Source: Pseudomonas aeruginosa PAO1
GTDB taxonomy: Bacteria; Pseudomonadota; Gammaproteobacteria; Pseudomonadales; Pseudomonadaceae
Reading direction: 5' to 3' (one strand)
Length of the DNA stretch: 64,000 bases
Assembly (NCBI RefSeq): GCF_000006765.1
Contig: NC_002516.2
The notes under the pieces were generated by a model that was not told the origin of the DNA, searched no databases, and saw only the letters and a list, made by a program, of their open reading frames with translations. A program made the translations under genes and the position numbers. Position 1 is the stretch's first letter. Each line of letters begins with the position of its first letter. Positions 51,641-61,354 of this stretch are shown here, piece by piece.

Positions 51641-54361
51641 CTAGCGCAACAACCCCATGTGCTTGGCCCGCGCCACCGCCTGGGTGCGACGCTCGACGCC
51701 GAGCTTGTCGTTGATATGGCGGGCGTGGCTCTTCACCGTATGCAGCGAGATGAACAGCCGCTCGCTGATCTCCTGGTTGGACAACCCCTGGGCGATCAGC
51801 TCCAGCACCGCCAGTTCGCGCCCGCTGAGCACCTCGCCCGCACTGCCCGCGGGCTCGGCGGGCGGCTCCGGCAACAGCGCGCGCATGCGCTGGGCGCCAG
51901 GACAGGCAGGGAAGCGCTGCAACTGTTCGCGCAACCATTCCGGCTGCTGCACGAGCAATTCGTGGAGCGGCAGCAAGGCTCCGCCGACTGCGCCCTCCAT
52001 GGCCTGTTGCAGGGTCGCCAGCGCCTCGCGCTCGCGGCCCTGCTCCAGGTGCAGCGCGGCCAGTTGGCCGAGGGCCAGGCGAGCCGGCAGCAACGCGCCG
52101 TTCTCCCGCGTCGAGCGGGCCAGCCGGTCCAGGCGCCGGGCGGCTTCCTCCGGGCGTCCTTCGCGGCGCTCCAGGCCGGCCTGGAGCAACTCCACATGCA
52201 GCGGCAGCAGCGGACTGCATTCCGGCGGCGTGGCCGCCTGCCCGCCGTAGGTGCCGCCCAGGCGCTGTAGCCAGACGCCGGCCAGTTCGGTCTGGCCCTG
52301 GGCCAGCCAGAGTTCGCACTTGATCAGGGTGATCGCCGCCAGGTAGTAGATCGGCGGGATATCCCAGGCATGCATCAACCGCTCGACGTCGCCAAGCCGG
52401 GCGAACGCCGCCGCGTAGTTGCCCAGGCGCCCTTCCAGGCTGGCCAGGACGCAATAGCCGATCACCAGGCTGACATCCCGGCAGCTGCGGGTTTCCTCGA
52501 TTCCCTGCTTGATCCACTTGCGCGCTTCGTCCGGCTGCAGCGCCAGGCTGCGCAGGTAGCCGCGGTACAGCAGGAGCCGCCCGCGCACCGCGTAGCGGCG
52601 TTGCGCCGGCAGGTGCTGGAGGCGTTCCAGGCCCTGGCGCACCTCCTCCTCGGCGCGCGCCACCTCGCCGCGCGCCTGGAGGACGCGGGCGCGGTCGTAA
52701 TGGACCAGTGCCTCGAACAGCGGGTTGCCGTAGCGCTGGGCGAACTCCAGGGCGTCGCGGTTGTAGTTGCGCGCCTGCCAGAAGTCGCCACGGGTCACCG
52801 CCAGGTTGCTCAGCGTCGACAGGCATTGCAGGCGGGTGCCGTAGCGCTCCCCGGCGAGGTCCTGCAAGGCCTCGCGGCAGTGCGCCTCGGCCTTGTCGAT
52901 GTCGCCGCGGCCGCGCGCGATCACCCCGCTCAGGGCCTGCCACTGGGCCAGCAGGTCGCGTTGCGCGGACTCGTCCGGCGCCGGCAGGAAACGCGCCAGT
53001 TGGCCGGCCAGCTCTTCCGCGGCATCCAGCTGGCAGGCCAGCGCCAGCGCCCAGCCGTACAGCAGGATCAGGCGCGGCGTGCTCGCCAGGAGGCTGTCCG
53101 GCAGGTCCATCTTCCAGCGCAGCAGGGTGGCGATGTTCTGCTCCGCCAGCAGTTGCTCTTCCGACAGGTTCTGCACCAGGCTCGCCGCCACGTCCGGCTG
53201 GCCGGCGCGCAGCGCCTGCTCCACCGCCTGGTCGAGCAGGCCATGGCGGCTGAACCAGCCGCAGGCGCGCAGGTGCAGGGAGCCGGCGGACGGACCGAAG
53301 TCGGGCAAGGGACGCGCCAGCAGCAGGTCGGAGAACAGGTGGTGGTAGCGGAACCACTGGCCGTTTTCGTCCAGCGGCACGAGGAAGACCTGGTGCTGCT
53401 GCAGGTGGTCGAGGATCGCCGCGCTGTCGCCGGCCTCGCGCACGGTATCGCAGAGCTCGGCGCAGAAGCGCTCGAAGCGCGCGGTCTGGGCGAGGAACGC
53501 CTGGACCTCGGGCGGCTGCCGCTCGATCACCTCCTCCAGCAGGTAGTCGCGGATCAGTTCGTCGGCGCCGTGTACCCCGGGGCTGACCTGCTCCTCTGGA
53601 TCGCCGCGCGCCAGCAGCCAGAGGCGCAGCCCGGCGACCCAGCCTTCGCTGCGCTCGAGCAGCGCGTCCAGCGCGTCCTCGTCGAGTTCGAGGCCGCTGG
53701 CGGCCATCAGCGCCCCGCTCTCCTCGGCGGTCAGGCGCAGGTCCTGTTCGCTGAGTTCGAGCAATTGCCGCGACAGGCGCAGGCGCGCCAGGTGCCAGTC
53801 CGGCCGCTGCCGGCTGGTGACCAGCAGCACCAGGCCCTCGGGCAGGTGATTGAGGAGGAATTGCAGGCAACGGTCGAGCACCGCGCCCTGGGCCAGGTGG
53901 TAATCGTCCAGCACCAGTAGCAGGGGACGCTGCGGGTCCAGGCAGGGGGCGAGTTCGTCGAGCAGGTCGTCGAGCCAGGTCTCGAAGGCGAACGGCTGGT
54001 GACGCTGGCGCATCTTCAGCAGGCCGAGGGCCTCTTCGCCCAGGGTCGGGTGGTACTGTCGCAAGCCATCGAGCAGGCGTTCGAGGAAACGTCCGGGATC
54101 GCTCTCGCGGCTGCTCAGTCCCAGCCAGAGGCTCTGCCAGCGCGGATCGAGGCTTTCGCAGAACTCGATGGCCAGGGAACTCTTGCCGAATCCGGCGGGC
54201 GCGGCGATCAGCAGCAGGCGACCGTCCAGTCCGTCGCGCAGTCGACGGCAAAGACGCGGGCGCGCCACATGGGCCGACGGCAGCGGGGGGCGGAAAAAGC
54301 GGTTGGCCGTCGGCAGAACGGCGGATGGAGTGCCCGAGAAGGTGCGCGAGAAGTCAGTCAT
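51641..54361 (-). CDS. MalT-family (STAND ATPase-TPR-LuxR HTH) transcriptional regulator
   Basis: Walker A APAGFGKS, Walker B LVLDDYH, C-terminal LSGRELAVL...TVKSHARHINDKLGV. Confidence 0.92.
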   Translation of the reverse strand: MTDFSRTFSGTPSAVLPTANRFFRPPLPSAHVARPRLCRRLRDGLDGRLLLIAAPAGFGKSSLAIEFCESLDPRWQSLWLGLSSRESDPGRFLERLLDGLRQYHPTLGEEALGLLKMRQRHQPFAFETWLDDLLDELAPCLDPQRPLLLVLDDYHLAQGAVLDRCLQFLLNHLPEGLVLLVTSRQRPDWHLARLRLSRQLLELSEQDLRLTAEESGALMAASGLELDEDALDALLERSEGWVAGLRLWLLARGDPEEQVSPGVHGADELIRDYLLEEVIERQPPEVQAFLAQTARFERFCAELCDTVREAGDSAAILDHLQQHQVFLVPLDENGQWFRYHHLFSDLLLARPLPDFGPSAGSLHLRACGWFSRHGLLDQAVEQALRAGQPDVAASLVQNLSEEQLLAEQNIATLLRWKMDLPDSLLASTPRLILLYGWALALACQLDAAEELAGQLARFLPAPDESAQRDLLAQWQALSGVIARGRGDIDKAEAHCREALQDLAGERYGTRLQCLSTLSNLAVTRGDFWQARNYNRDALEFAQRYGNPLFEALVHYDRARVLQARGEVARAEEEVRQGLERLQHLPAQRRYAVRGRLLLYRGYLRSLALQPDEARKWIKQGIEETRSCRDVSLVIGYCVLASLEGRLGNYAAAFARLGDVERLMHAWDIPPIYYLAAITLIKCELWLAQGQTELAGVWLQRLGGTYGGQAATPPECSPLLPLHVELLQAGLERREGRPEEAARRLDRLARSTRENGALLPARLALGQLAALHLEQGREREALATLQQAMEGAVGGALLPLHELLVQQPEWLREQLQRFPACPGAQRMRALLPEPPAEPAGSAGEVLSGRELAVLELIAQGLSNQEISERLFISLHTVKSHARHINDKLGVERRTQAVARAKHMGLLR

Positions 54362-54642
54362 CACCCGGTTTCTTGGTTTATGTATGGGGCGTGAACGCTC
54401 CGGAGACTAACCACAAGTGATGGCTATTTGAAGCACTATCCATCGGCTCGGACGAAATAGCGCACCGGCGCTTCAGCTCGATAACCAAGGAAAGACCGGT
54501 TTCCCGGCGCGGTCCAGGCGCGGCAAACGTTTCCCGGCCACACAGGTGCCCGCCGGGAGGATGGCGACGACGGAATCCGCGGGCGAGGCGGGAAAACACT
54601 TTGTAATGAATTGACGGCCGGAGCGGCACGCCGCCCGCGAAA

Positions 54643-54675
54643 ACGAAGAAACCGGCACAAGGCCGGTTTCTTCGT
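54643..54675 (-). terminator. Intrinsic terminator of the DUF1302-DUF1329 operon
   Basis: 14-bp stem ACGAAGAAACCGGC/GCCGGTTTCTTCGT, U-rich on the minus strand. Confidence 0.78.
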
Positions 54676-54693
54676 GGCTAGGAACGCCGTTTC

Positions 54694-56061
54694 TCAGCGT
54701 ACCCCTTCCTGGCGCAGCGCCGCCGGGGTGTAGTCGCTTTCCGAAGCGCTGTAGTTGAAGTCGTAGGCCTGTTTCTCCTCGTTCTTCATGCCCAGCGCCA
54801 GGTAGCGGCCGGAGAGCAGGTCGTAGAGGGTTTCCACCGCGTACCAGGGCACCTGCTTGTCGTAGTACTGCTCGGCATGCGCCTCGGCCACGCGCCACAG
54901 GGTGCCGCGACCGTCGTAATGGTCGATCTCGGCGGCCTGCCAGGTGTCCTCGTCGATGTAGAAGTCACGCTTGGCGTAGATGTGCCGCTCGCCCGGCTTC
55001 AGGGTCGCGACCACATGCCAGACGCGATGCAGCTCGTAGCGGGTCAGGTCCTGGTTGATGTGGCCGGCCTTGACGATTTCGCTGTACTTGATCTTCGGAT
55101 CGTCGAGCTTGTAGCTGTTGTAGGGAATGTAGATTTCCTTCTTGCCTTCCAGCTTCCAGTCGTAGCGGTCCGGCGCACCGTTGTACATGTCGAAGTTGTC
55201 CGAGGTGCGCAGGCCGTCGGCGGCGGTGCCGGGACCGTCGTAGGACACCTGCGGAGCCCGCCGCACGCGGCGCTGGCCGGCGTTGTAGAGCCACGCCAGG
55301 CGCGGCTCCTTGACCTGGTTGAGGGTCTCGTGGACCAGCAGCACGTTACCGGCCAGGCGCGAGGGCGCGGTGACCCGCTGCTTGAAGTAGAACAGCACGT
55401 TGCTCGGCTTGTTCGGGTTGTAGTCCTTCAGGTTGGTACGGAAGGTGAAGGCATCCTGGAAGTAGACCAGCTGGTAGGAGCCGTTGACCTGCGGAGTGGC
55501 CTGGGTCACCAGGCGCCGGACGCTGCCGCCGCGATAGCGGGTGATGTGGTTCCAGATCACCTCCAGGCCGTTCTGCGGGATCGGGAACGGGTTGGCGGTA
55601 TCGAAGTTCTCCAGGCCGTTGCCGCCTTCCACCAGCTTGGTGGTGGTGGCGTTGCGCTTGGCCGCCTCCTGCACCGCCGCCGGGACGGTGGCGCTGCGGT
55701 GGGTCTTGTATACCGGGATCTTGTAGGTATCCGGGTAGCGCTTGAACATGGCCAGTTGGCCGGGAGTCAGCTTGTCCTTGTACTGGTCGACGTTCTGCGC
55801 GGTGATGGTGAACAGCGGTTGCTCGCTGGCATAGGGGTTGGCGAGGAAGCCACGGCTGTCGACGCTGCCGGCGTTGGTCGCCAGGCCGCCGTCCCAGGCG
55901 GGGATGCTGCCGTCGGCGTTGCCGGCCTTCTCCGCCCCCAACGGAGTCAGGCTGGTGCCGAGCTTGGCCGCTTCGTCGGCGGATACCGCCGCCATCACCT
56001 GGGTGGCCAGCAGGCTCAGGGCCAGTACACCGGTATGCAGAAGAATCTTCGTTGTTTTCAT
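54694..56061 (-). CDS. DUF1329-family exported protein, 455 aa
   Basis: Signal peptide; LTPLGAEKAGNADGSIPAW, GQRRVRRAP, KRDFYIDEDTW. Confidence 0.85.
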   Translation of the reverse strand: MKTTKILLHTGVLALSLLATQVMAAVSADEAAKLGTSLTPLGAEKAGNADGSIPAWDGGLATNAGSVDSRGFLANPYASEQPLFTITAQNVDQYKDKLTPGQLAMFKRYPDTYKIPVYKTHRSATVPAAVQEAAKRNATTTKLVEGGNGLENFDTANPFPIPQNGLEVIWNHITRYRGGSVRRLVTQATPQVNGSYQLVYFQDAFTFRTNLKDYNPNKPSNVLFYFKQRVTAPSRLAGNVLLVHETLNQVKEPRLAWLYNAGQRRVRRAPQVSYDGPGTAADGLRTSDNFDMYNGAPDRYDWKLEGKKEIYIPYNSYKLDDPKIKYSEIVKAGHINQDLTRYELHRVWHVVATLKPGERHIYAKRDFYIDEDTWQAAEIDHYDGRGTLWRVAEAHAEQYYDKQVPWYAVETLYDLLSGRYLALGMKNEEKQAYDFNYSASESDYTPAALRQEGVR

Positions 56062-56121
56062 TCGCTCGTCGTCCTCGTTAAGTCCTGCTCGCCGGCCCGG
56101 TTCGCACCGGGCCGGCGTACA

Positions 56122-58047
56122 TCAGAAGTTCATGCCGAAGCTGAGCGCGACGAAGTCGCGATCGTCCACGGTGGTGTACTTGCCGTCGAAGAAGTTGGTG
56201 TAGGAGAGGCTCGCGGTGTAGGTGTTCTGGTACTCCGCGTCCACCCCCAGGCTGACCGCCTTGCGGCCTTCCTCGAAGTTGGCGCCGGGACCGGGCGAAT
56301 AGCCATCGACGTCGTGCGACCAGGCCACACTGGGCTTGAGGTTCACGCCCATGAACACGTCGTTGTAGTCCCAGATCGCACGGGCGCGATAACCCCAGGC
56401 GTCCGAGGTGGTATAGCCATCGTTCTCGCAGTAGCGGCTGACGTTGTTCGCTTCGGCGGTGCCCAGCGTGCTGACGTTCAGCGCCTGGCAGCTGGCCAGG
56501 CCGGAGATGGTCCCCGGCAGCGGCCCCGGTCCGAAGACCGGGTCACGCCCGTAGCGTGCCTTGGAGGTGCTTTCCAGGCCGCCGACGTGGGTCCAGCCGA
56601 TCTCGCCCACCAGGGTCAGGCGCTCGGCGCCCATCACCTGGTCGAAGAAGTGCGTCAGGGTGGTCTGCAGTTGGGTGATCTCCTTGCGCCGATAGCCGTG
56701 CAGGTCCTGCCCGGCCTGGCCGTTCAGCACCGAGGCGTTGTCGTAGGGGCGGTTGCCGCCGATGCTCACCGGGTCGAGGCCGGCGAAGAGGATGTCGGTG
56801 GTGTTCAACTGCACCGGCGCGTTGGGCCGGTAGCTGACTTCGCCGCTCCACGCGGTGCCGTTGGGCAACGTGGTGGAGAAGCTCAGGCCGAACATGCGGA
56901 TATCTTCCGGGTACTCGATGAAGTAGCTGGAGTTGCCGGCGGTGGCCGCCGCCGCGGCCTGGGCGGCCAGTGCCGGGTTGATCGCGGCGAGGCGGGTGGC
57001 GAGGTCGTTGATCGCCGCCATGGTGCTGGCCGAGGCGCCCTGGCCGCTGAAGATCGGCAGGCGGCTGTGGTAGTTCATGTAGTAGGCGCCGAACTCGGTG
57101 TTCAGTTCGTCGGCGAAGTAGCGCAGGGCGAAGCCGTACTGGCCGCTGTCGCGAGCGTCGCGGTCCGGCCCGCGGCGGACCAGGATGCCCTCGTCCCAGG
57201 GCGACGGGGTAACGCTCAGGCCAGCCCCGGCGAGCACGTTGTTGAGCAGGTTGATGGACGCCTTGTTGTTGGTCAGCACCGCCAGGTTCTGGTCGCAGCC
57301 ATCGGCCACCACGTCCGGCTGGGAGAAGAAGGTGCCACAGTTGTCGACCACCGTCTGGTCCCACTCGATCTGGTAGAAGCCTTCGGCGGACAGGTTGTCG
57401 GTGAGGTTCTGCGACAGGTAGAACATGTTCACCGGGATCAGGCCTTCCTTGATCTCCGAGCCGGGCCGGCGGAAGGCGGTGACGTCGATCGGGTTGATGG
57501 CGCTGATGCCGTTCTGGATGAAGGTGCTCTCGCCCCAGTTCACCACCTGCTTGCCCAGGCGCACGCTGCCCGGCAGGTCGCCGATGGCATAGTTGTGGTA
57601 GATGAAGGCGTCGAGCAGTTCGGCTCCGGAGGACTTGGCCAGGGTCTTGCGGCCGCTGTCGTCGATGTCCTTGAACTCGCGGTGCTCGTCCTTCAGCTCG
57701 AAGTCGTACCAGTACTTGCCGCGCAGGAACACACCGGTATCGCCGTACTTCAGTTCGAGGTCATGGATGCCCTTGAAGACCTTCGAGAACGTTTCCCCAC
57801 GCTTGAAGTTCAAGTGGCTGTCGTCGGAGGTCTGGGAAAGTCCCTTGCCGCCGTTGTTCACACCGATCAGGTTCTTGTTCGGCTTGGCGGTCGACCAACT
57901 GGCCCCGACCGACAACGCCGAATCGAAGGAACCTTCGATTTCCCCGATGTTGAAGGTCACCCCAAAGGCCGGAGCCGCCAGCGAGGAAGCCAGGCTGACG
58001 GCCAACGGCAACCGGGCCCGACGCGAGAACGGATTACGGGTTGTCAT
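56122..58047 (-). CDS. DUF1302-family outer-membrane protein, 641 aa
   Basis: Start MTTRNPFS at 58047. Signal peptide; RLGKQVVNWGESTF, YFIEYPEDI; ends DRDFVALSFGMNF (terminal aromatic residue). Confidence 0.85.
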   Translation of the reverse strand: MTTRNPFSRRARLPLAVSLASSLAAPAFGVTFNIGEIEGSFDSALSVGASWSTAKPNKNLIGVNNGGKGLSQTSDDSHLNFKRGETFSKVFKGIHDLELKYGDTGVFLRGKYWYDFELKDEHREFKDIDDSGRKTLAKSSGAELLDAFIYHNYAIGDLPGSVRLGKQVVNWGESTFIQNGISAINPIDVTAFRRPGSEIKEGLIPVNMFYLSQNLTDNLSAEGFYQIEWDQTVVDNCGTFFSQPDVVADGCDQNLAVLTNNKASINLLNNVLAGAGLSVTPSPWDEGILVRRGPDRDARDSGQYGFALRYFADELNTEFGAYYMNYHSRLPIFSGQGASASTMAAINDLATRLAAINPALAAQAAAAATAGNSSYFIEYPEDIRMFGLSFSTTLPNGTAWSGEVSYRPNAPVQLNTTDILFAGLDPVSIGGNRPYDNASVLNGQAGQDLHGYRRKEITQLQTTLTHFFDQVMGAERLTLVGEIGWTHVGGLESTSKARYGRDPVFGPGPLPGTISGLASCQALNVSTLGTAEANNVSRYCENDGYTTSDAWGYRARAIWDYNDVFMGVNLKPSVAWSHDVDGYSPGPGANFEEGRKAVSLGVDAEYQNTYTASLSYTNFFDGKYTTVDDRDFVALSFGMNF

Positions 58048-58258
58048 CGACGCTACTCCATGTGTGTTTTTTGTTATGAGTGCGTGGACTATAGCTAGCG
58101 CTGCCTGCCGCTTGATCCCTCGAAAGTGTGATTTGCGCGGCGCAACCACTCTGGCTCGCGCCTTTGCGGCGGATGGAGAATGACCGGGCGGTCGCGAAAA
58201 CGCGGAGACCAAGCGTTTGCTTGGCCTCCGGGCGTTTCGGCGGTGTAGGAAAGCCCCG

Positions 58259-59941
58259 TCAGACGGTCGACAGGAAGGCGCTGCCGGCTTCCTGCCACTG
58301 GGCGATCTCGATACGGATGCGCTTCTTGTCCAGCTTGCCGACGCTGGTCTTGGGAATATCGGTAACAACCGCGATCTGCGAGGGGATCGCCCACTTGTTG
58401 ATGTTGCCCTGCTCGACGAAAGGCTTGAGGTGCTCCTTCAGGCCCCGGGCGTCCAGTTGCTGGCCCTCGCGCACCACCAGCAGGGCGAACGGGCGCTCGC
58501 CCCATTGCGGATCGGGCACCCCGACCACCGCCACTTCGCGTACCGCCGGATGGCGGCTGATCAGGTCTTCCAGCTCCAGGGAGGACAGCCACTCGCCGCC
58601 GGTCTTGATCACGTCCTTGATGCGGTCGCGGATCTCGATGAAGCCCATGCCGTCCAGGGTCGCCACGTCGCCGGTGTGCATCCAGCCGCCGCGCCACAAC
58701 TCCTCGCCGCGCTCGGGTTCGCGGAAATACCCCTGGGTCAGCCATGGCGAGCGCAACACCAGCTCGCCCTGGGACTCGCCGTCGGCCGGGAGGAAGCGGC
58801 CCTGTTCGTCCATGATCGCCGCATCCACCAGCGGCACCGGCACGCCGGCCTTGATCCGGTAGGTGGTGCGCTCGTCCTCGCTTCCGGCCAGCAGTTCGTC
58901 GTTGAGGTAGGCGCAGGAAATCAGCGGACAGGTCTCCGACATGCCGTAGGCGGCGGTCAGCTGGATGCCGCGCGCCTTGGCCGCCTCGTAGAGCGAGCGG
59001 TTCAGCGCGCTCCCGCCGATGATCACCTTCCAGCCCTTGAAGTCCACGCCCTGGGCAGCCCTGGCGTTCATCACCATCTGCAGGATGGTCGGCACGCAGT
59101 GGGAGAAGGTGACCTTCTCGCGCTTCCACAGTTCGACCAGCAGTTCCGGATCGTAACGCCCGGGATAGACCTGCTTGACCCCGAGCATGGTCGCCACGTA
59201 CGGAGTGCCCCAGGCGTGGACATGGAACATCGGGGTGATCGGCATGTACACGTCGCTGGTACCGAGCAGGCGGATGCTGTCCAGGCTGCCGATGGTCGAA
59301 GCCATCGCCAGGGTGTGCAGGACCAGTTGCCGGTGGCTGAAATACACACCTTTCGGATTGCCGGTGGTGCCGGTGGTGTAGAAGGTGGTGGCGATGGAGT
59401 TCTCGTCGAAATCGGGGAAGTCGTAGCGCGGGCTGGCCGCGGCCAGCAGCGACTCGTATTCGCCGACCAGGCCGGGCAGTTCGGCGCTCTTCTCCGCGCC
59501 GTCGGTGAGCAGGATGGTCCGCTCCACCGTGGCCAGCTGCCCCGCCACCGCCTGGTAGAGCGGGACGAACTCGCTGTTCACCAGCACGAAGCGATCCTCG
59601 GCGTGGTTCATGGTGTAGAGGATCTGTTCCGGGGAGAGGCGGATGTTGATGGTATGCAGCACCGCCCCGATCATCGGGATGGCGAACATGCATTCCAGGT
59701 AGCGATGGCTGTCCCAGTCCATCACCGCCACCGTGTCGCCGGCCTTCACCCCGGCCTCGCTGAGTACGTTGGCCAGGCGCGCGACGCGCTCGTTGAAGGT
59801 GGCGTAGCTGTAGCGCACCTGGTCGCGGTAGACGATTTCATGACTCTTTTCGTAACGACGGCCGGAAAGCATCAGGCTCTTGATCAGCAACGGATACTGA
59901 TAAGCGCCGGCGGCGGCCGGGATGAGACGGGTCTTCAGCAT
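58259..59941 (-). CDS. Medium/long-chain fatty acyl-CoA ligase
   Basis: AMP-binding YTTGTTGNPKG, YGMSET, HTGD, DRIKDVIKTGGE. Confidence 0.93.
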   Translation of the reverse strand: MLKTRLIPAAAGAYQYPLLIKSLMLSGRRYEKSHEIVYRDQVRYSYATFNERVARLANVLSEAGVKAGDTVAVMDWDSHRYLECMFAIPMIGAVLHTINIRLSPEQILYTMNHAEDRFVLVNSEFVPLYQAVAGQLATVERTILLTDGAEKSAELPGLVGEYESLLAAASPRYDFPDFDENSIATTFYTTGTTGNPKGVYFSHRQLVLHTLAMASTIGSLDSIRLLGTSDVYMPITPMFHVHAWGTPYVATMLGVKQVYPGRYDPELLVELWKREKVTFSHCVPTILQMVMNARAAQGVDFKGWKVIIGGSALNRSLYEAAKARGIQLTAAYGMSETCPLISCAYLNDELLAGSEDERTTYRIKAGVPVPLVDAAIMDEQGRFLPADGESQGELVLRSPWLTQGYFREPERGEELWRGGWMHTGDVATLDGMGFIEIRDRIKDVIKTGGEWLSSLELEDLISRHPAVREVAVVGVPDPQWGERPFALLVVREGQQLDARGLKEHLKPFVEQGNINKWAIPSQIAVVTDIPKTSVGKLDKKRIRIEIAQWQEAGSAFLSTV

Positions 59942-60122
59942 GGGGCGTACACCTGGGAGCGGGTTCGTTGTCAGGATGAGGCCGACTCTAGAGCCGTCGG
60001 CGGGCTTTGTTCATCAGTCAAAAGAGTGATTTGCCCCGTGACCTTTCGGAGCCTCCCGGTCACAAGATAGAATCCGCCCGCTGAATCGTTCAGACCCTAT
60101 CCAGAACAAGAGGTAACGTTCC

Positions 60123-61298
60123 ATGTCCGATATCGTCATCGTCGCCGGCGCCCGTACTCCCATGGGCGGCTTCCAGGGCAGCCTGGCCGGCGTTTCCGCG
60201 GTCGACCTGGGTGCCGTCGCGATCCGCGAAGCGGTGCAGCGCGCCGGCATCGCCGCCGAGGACGTACAGGAAGTGATCATGGGTTGCGTCCTGCCCGCCG
60301 GCCTGAAGCAGGGCCCGGCCCGCCAGGCCGCGCTGGCGGCCGGCCTGCCCGCCGCCACCGGCTGCACCACCATCAACAAGCTGTGCGGCTCGGGGATGAA
60401 GGCGGTGATGCTGGCCCACGACCTGCTCAAGGCTGGCACCAACCAGGTGATGGTCGCCGGTGGCATGGAAAGCATGTCCAACGCGCCCTATGTCCTGGAG
60501 AAAGCCCGCAGCGGCCTGCGCATGGGCCACGGCGAGATCAAGGACCACATGTTCCTCGACGGCCTGGAGGACGCCCGTACCGGCCGTTTGATGGGTTCGT
60601 TCGCCCAGGAGACCGCCGACAAGTACGGCGTGACCCGCGAGGAGATGGACGCCTATGCCATCGAATCGCTCAAGCGCGCCCAGGCCGCCATCGCCGATGG
60701 CTCGCTGGCGGCGGAAATCGTCCCGGTCACCGTCACCAGCCGCAAGGGCGAGAGCGTGGTGAAGGACGACGAGCAACCGCTGACCGCCAACCTGGAGAAG
60801 ATCCCGAGCCTCAGGCCGGCGTTCCGCAAGGACGGTACCATCACCGCCGCCAATGCCAGCTCGATCTCCGACGGCGCCTCCGCGCTGGTCCTGATGACCG
60901 CCGAGGAAGCCCAGCGCCGTGGCCTGAAGCCGCTGGCGCGAATCGTCGGCCATGCCACCCAGAGCCAGGACCCGAGCGAGTTCACCCTGGCGCCGATCGG
61001 CGCGATGACCAACCTGTTCGCCAGGACCGGCTGGAGCAAGGACGACGTCGACCTGTTCGAGATCAACGAAGCCTTCGCCATGGTCACCATGCTCGCCATG
61101 CGCGAACACGGCCTCGATCATGCCAAGGTCAATGTCTATGGCGGCGCCTGCGCCCAGGGCCATCCGGTCGGTTCCACCGGCTCGCGGATCATCCTCACCC
61201 TGATCAACGCCCTGCGCCAGAAAGGCGGCAAGCGCGGCGTCGCCTCGCTGTGCATCGGCGGCGGCGAAGCCACCGCCGTGGCGCTCGAACTGCTCTGA
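60123..61298 (+). CDS. Acetyl-CoA C-acyltransferase (thiolase)
   Basis: NKLCGSG, FEINEAF, GHPVGSTG, CIGGG. Confidence 0.95.
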   Translation: MSDIVIVAGARTPMGGFQGSLAGVSAVDLGAVAIREAVQRAGIAAEDVQEVIMGCVLPAGLKQGPARQAALAAGLPAATGCTTINKLCGSGMKAVMLAHDLLKAGTNQVMVAGGMESMSNAPYVLEKARSGLRMGHGEIKDHMFLDGLEDARTGRLMGSFAQETADKYGVTREEMDAYAIESLKRAQAAIADGSLAAEIVPVTVTSRKGESVVKDDEQPLTANLEKIPSLRPAFRKDGTITAANASSISDGASALVLMTAEEAQRRGLKPLARIVGHATQSQDPSEFTLAPIGAMTNLFARTGWSKDDVDLFEINEAFAMVTMLAMREHGLDHAKVNVYGGACAQGHPVGSTGSRIILTLINALRQKGGKRGVASLCIGGGEATAVALELL

Positions 61299-61354
61299 TA
61301 CGGCGTTGAGCCATCGGCGCCCGGCCGGCTCGCGCTGTCCGGGCGCCCTCTTCC

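Noticed and set aside
54877-58098. 1073-aa + strand ORF
   Set aside because: Antisense shadow of the DUF1329/DUF1302 genes.
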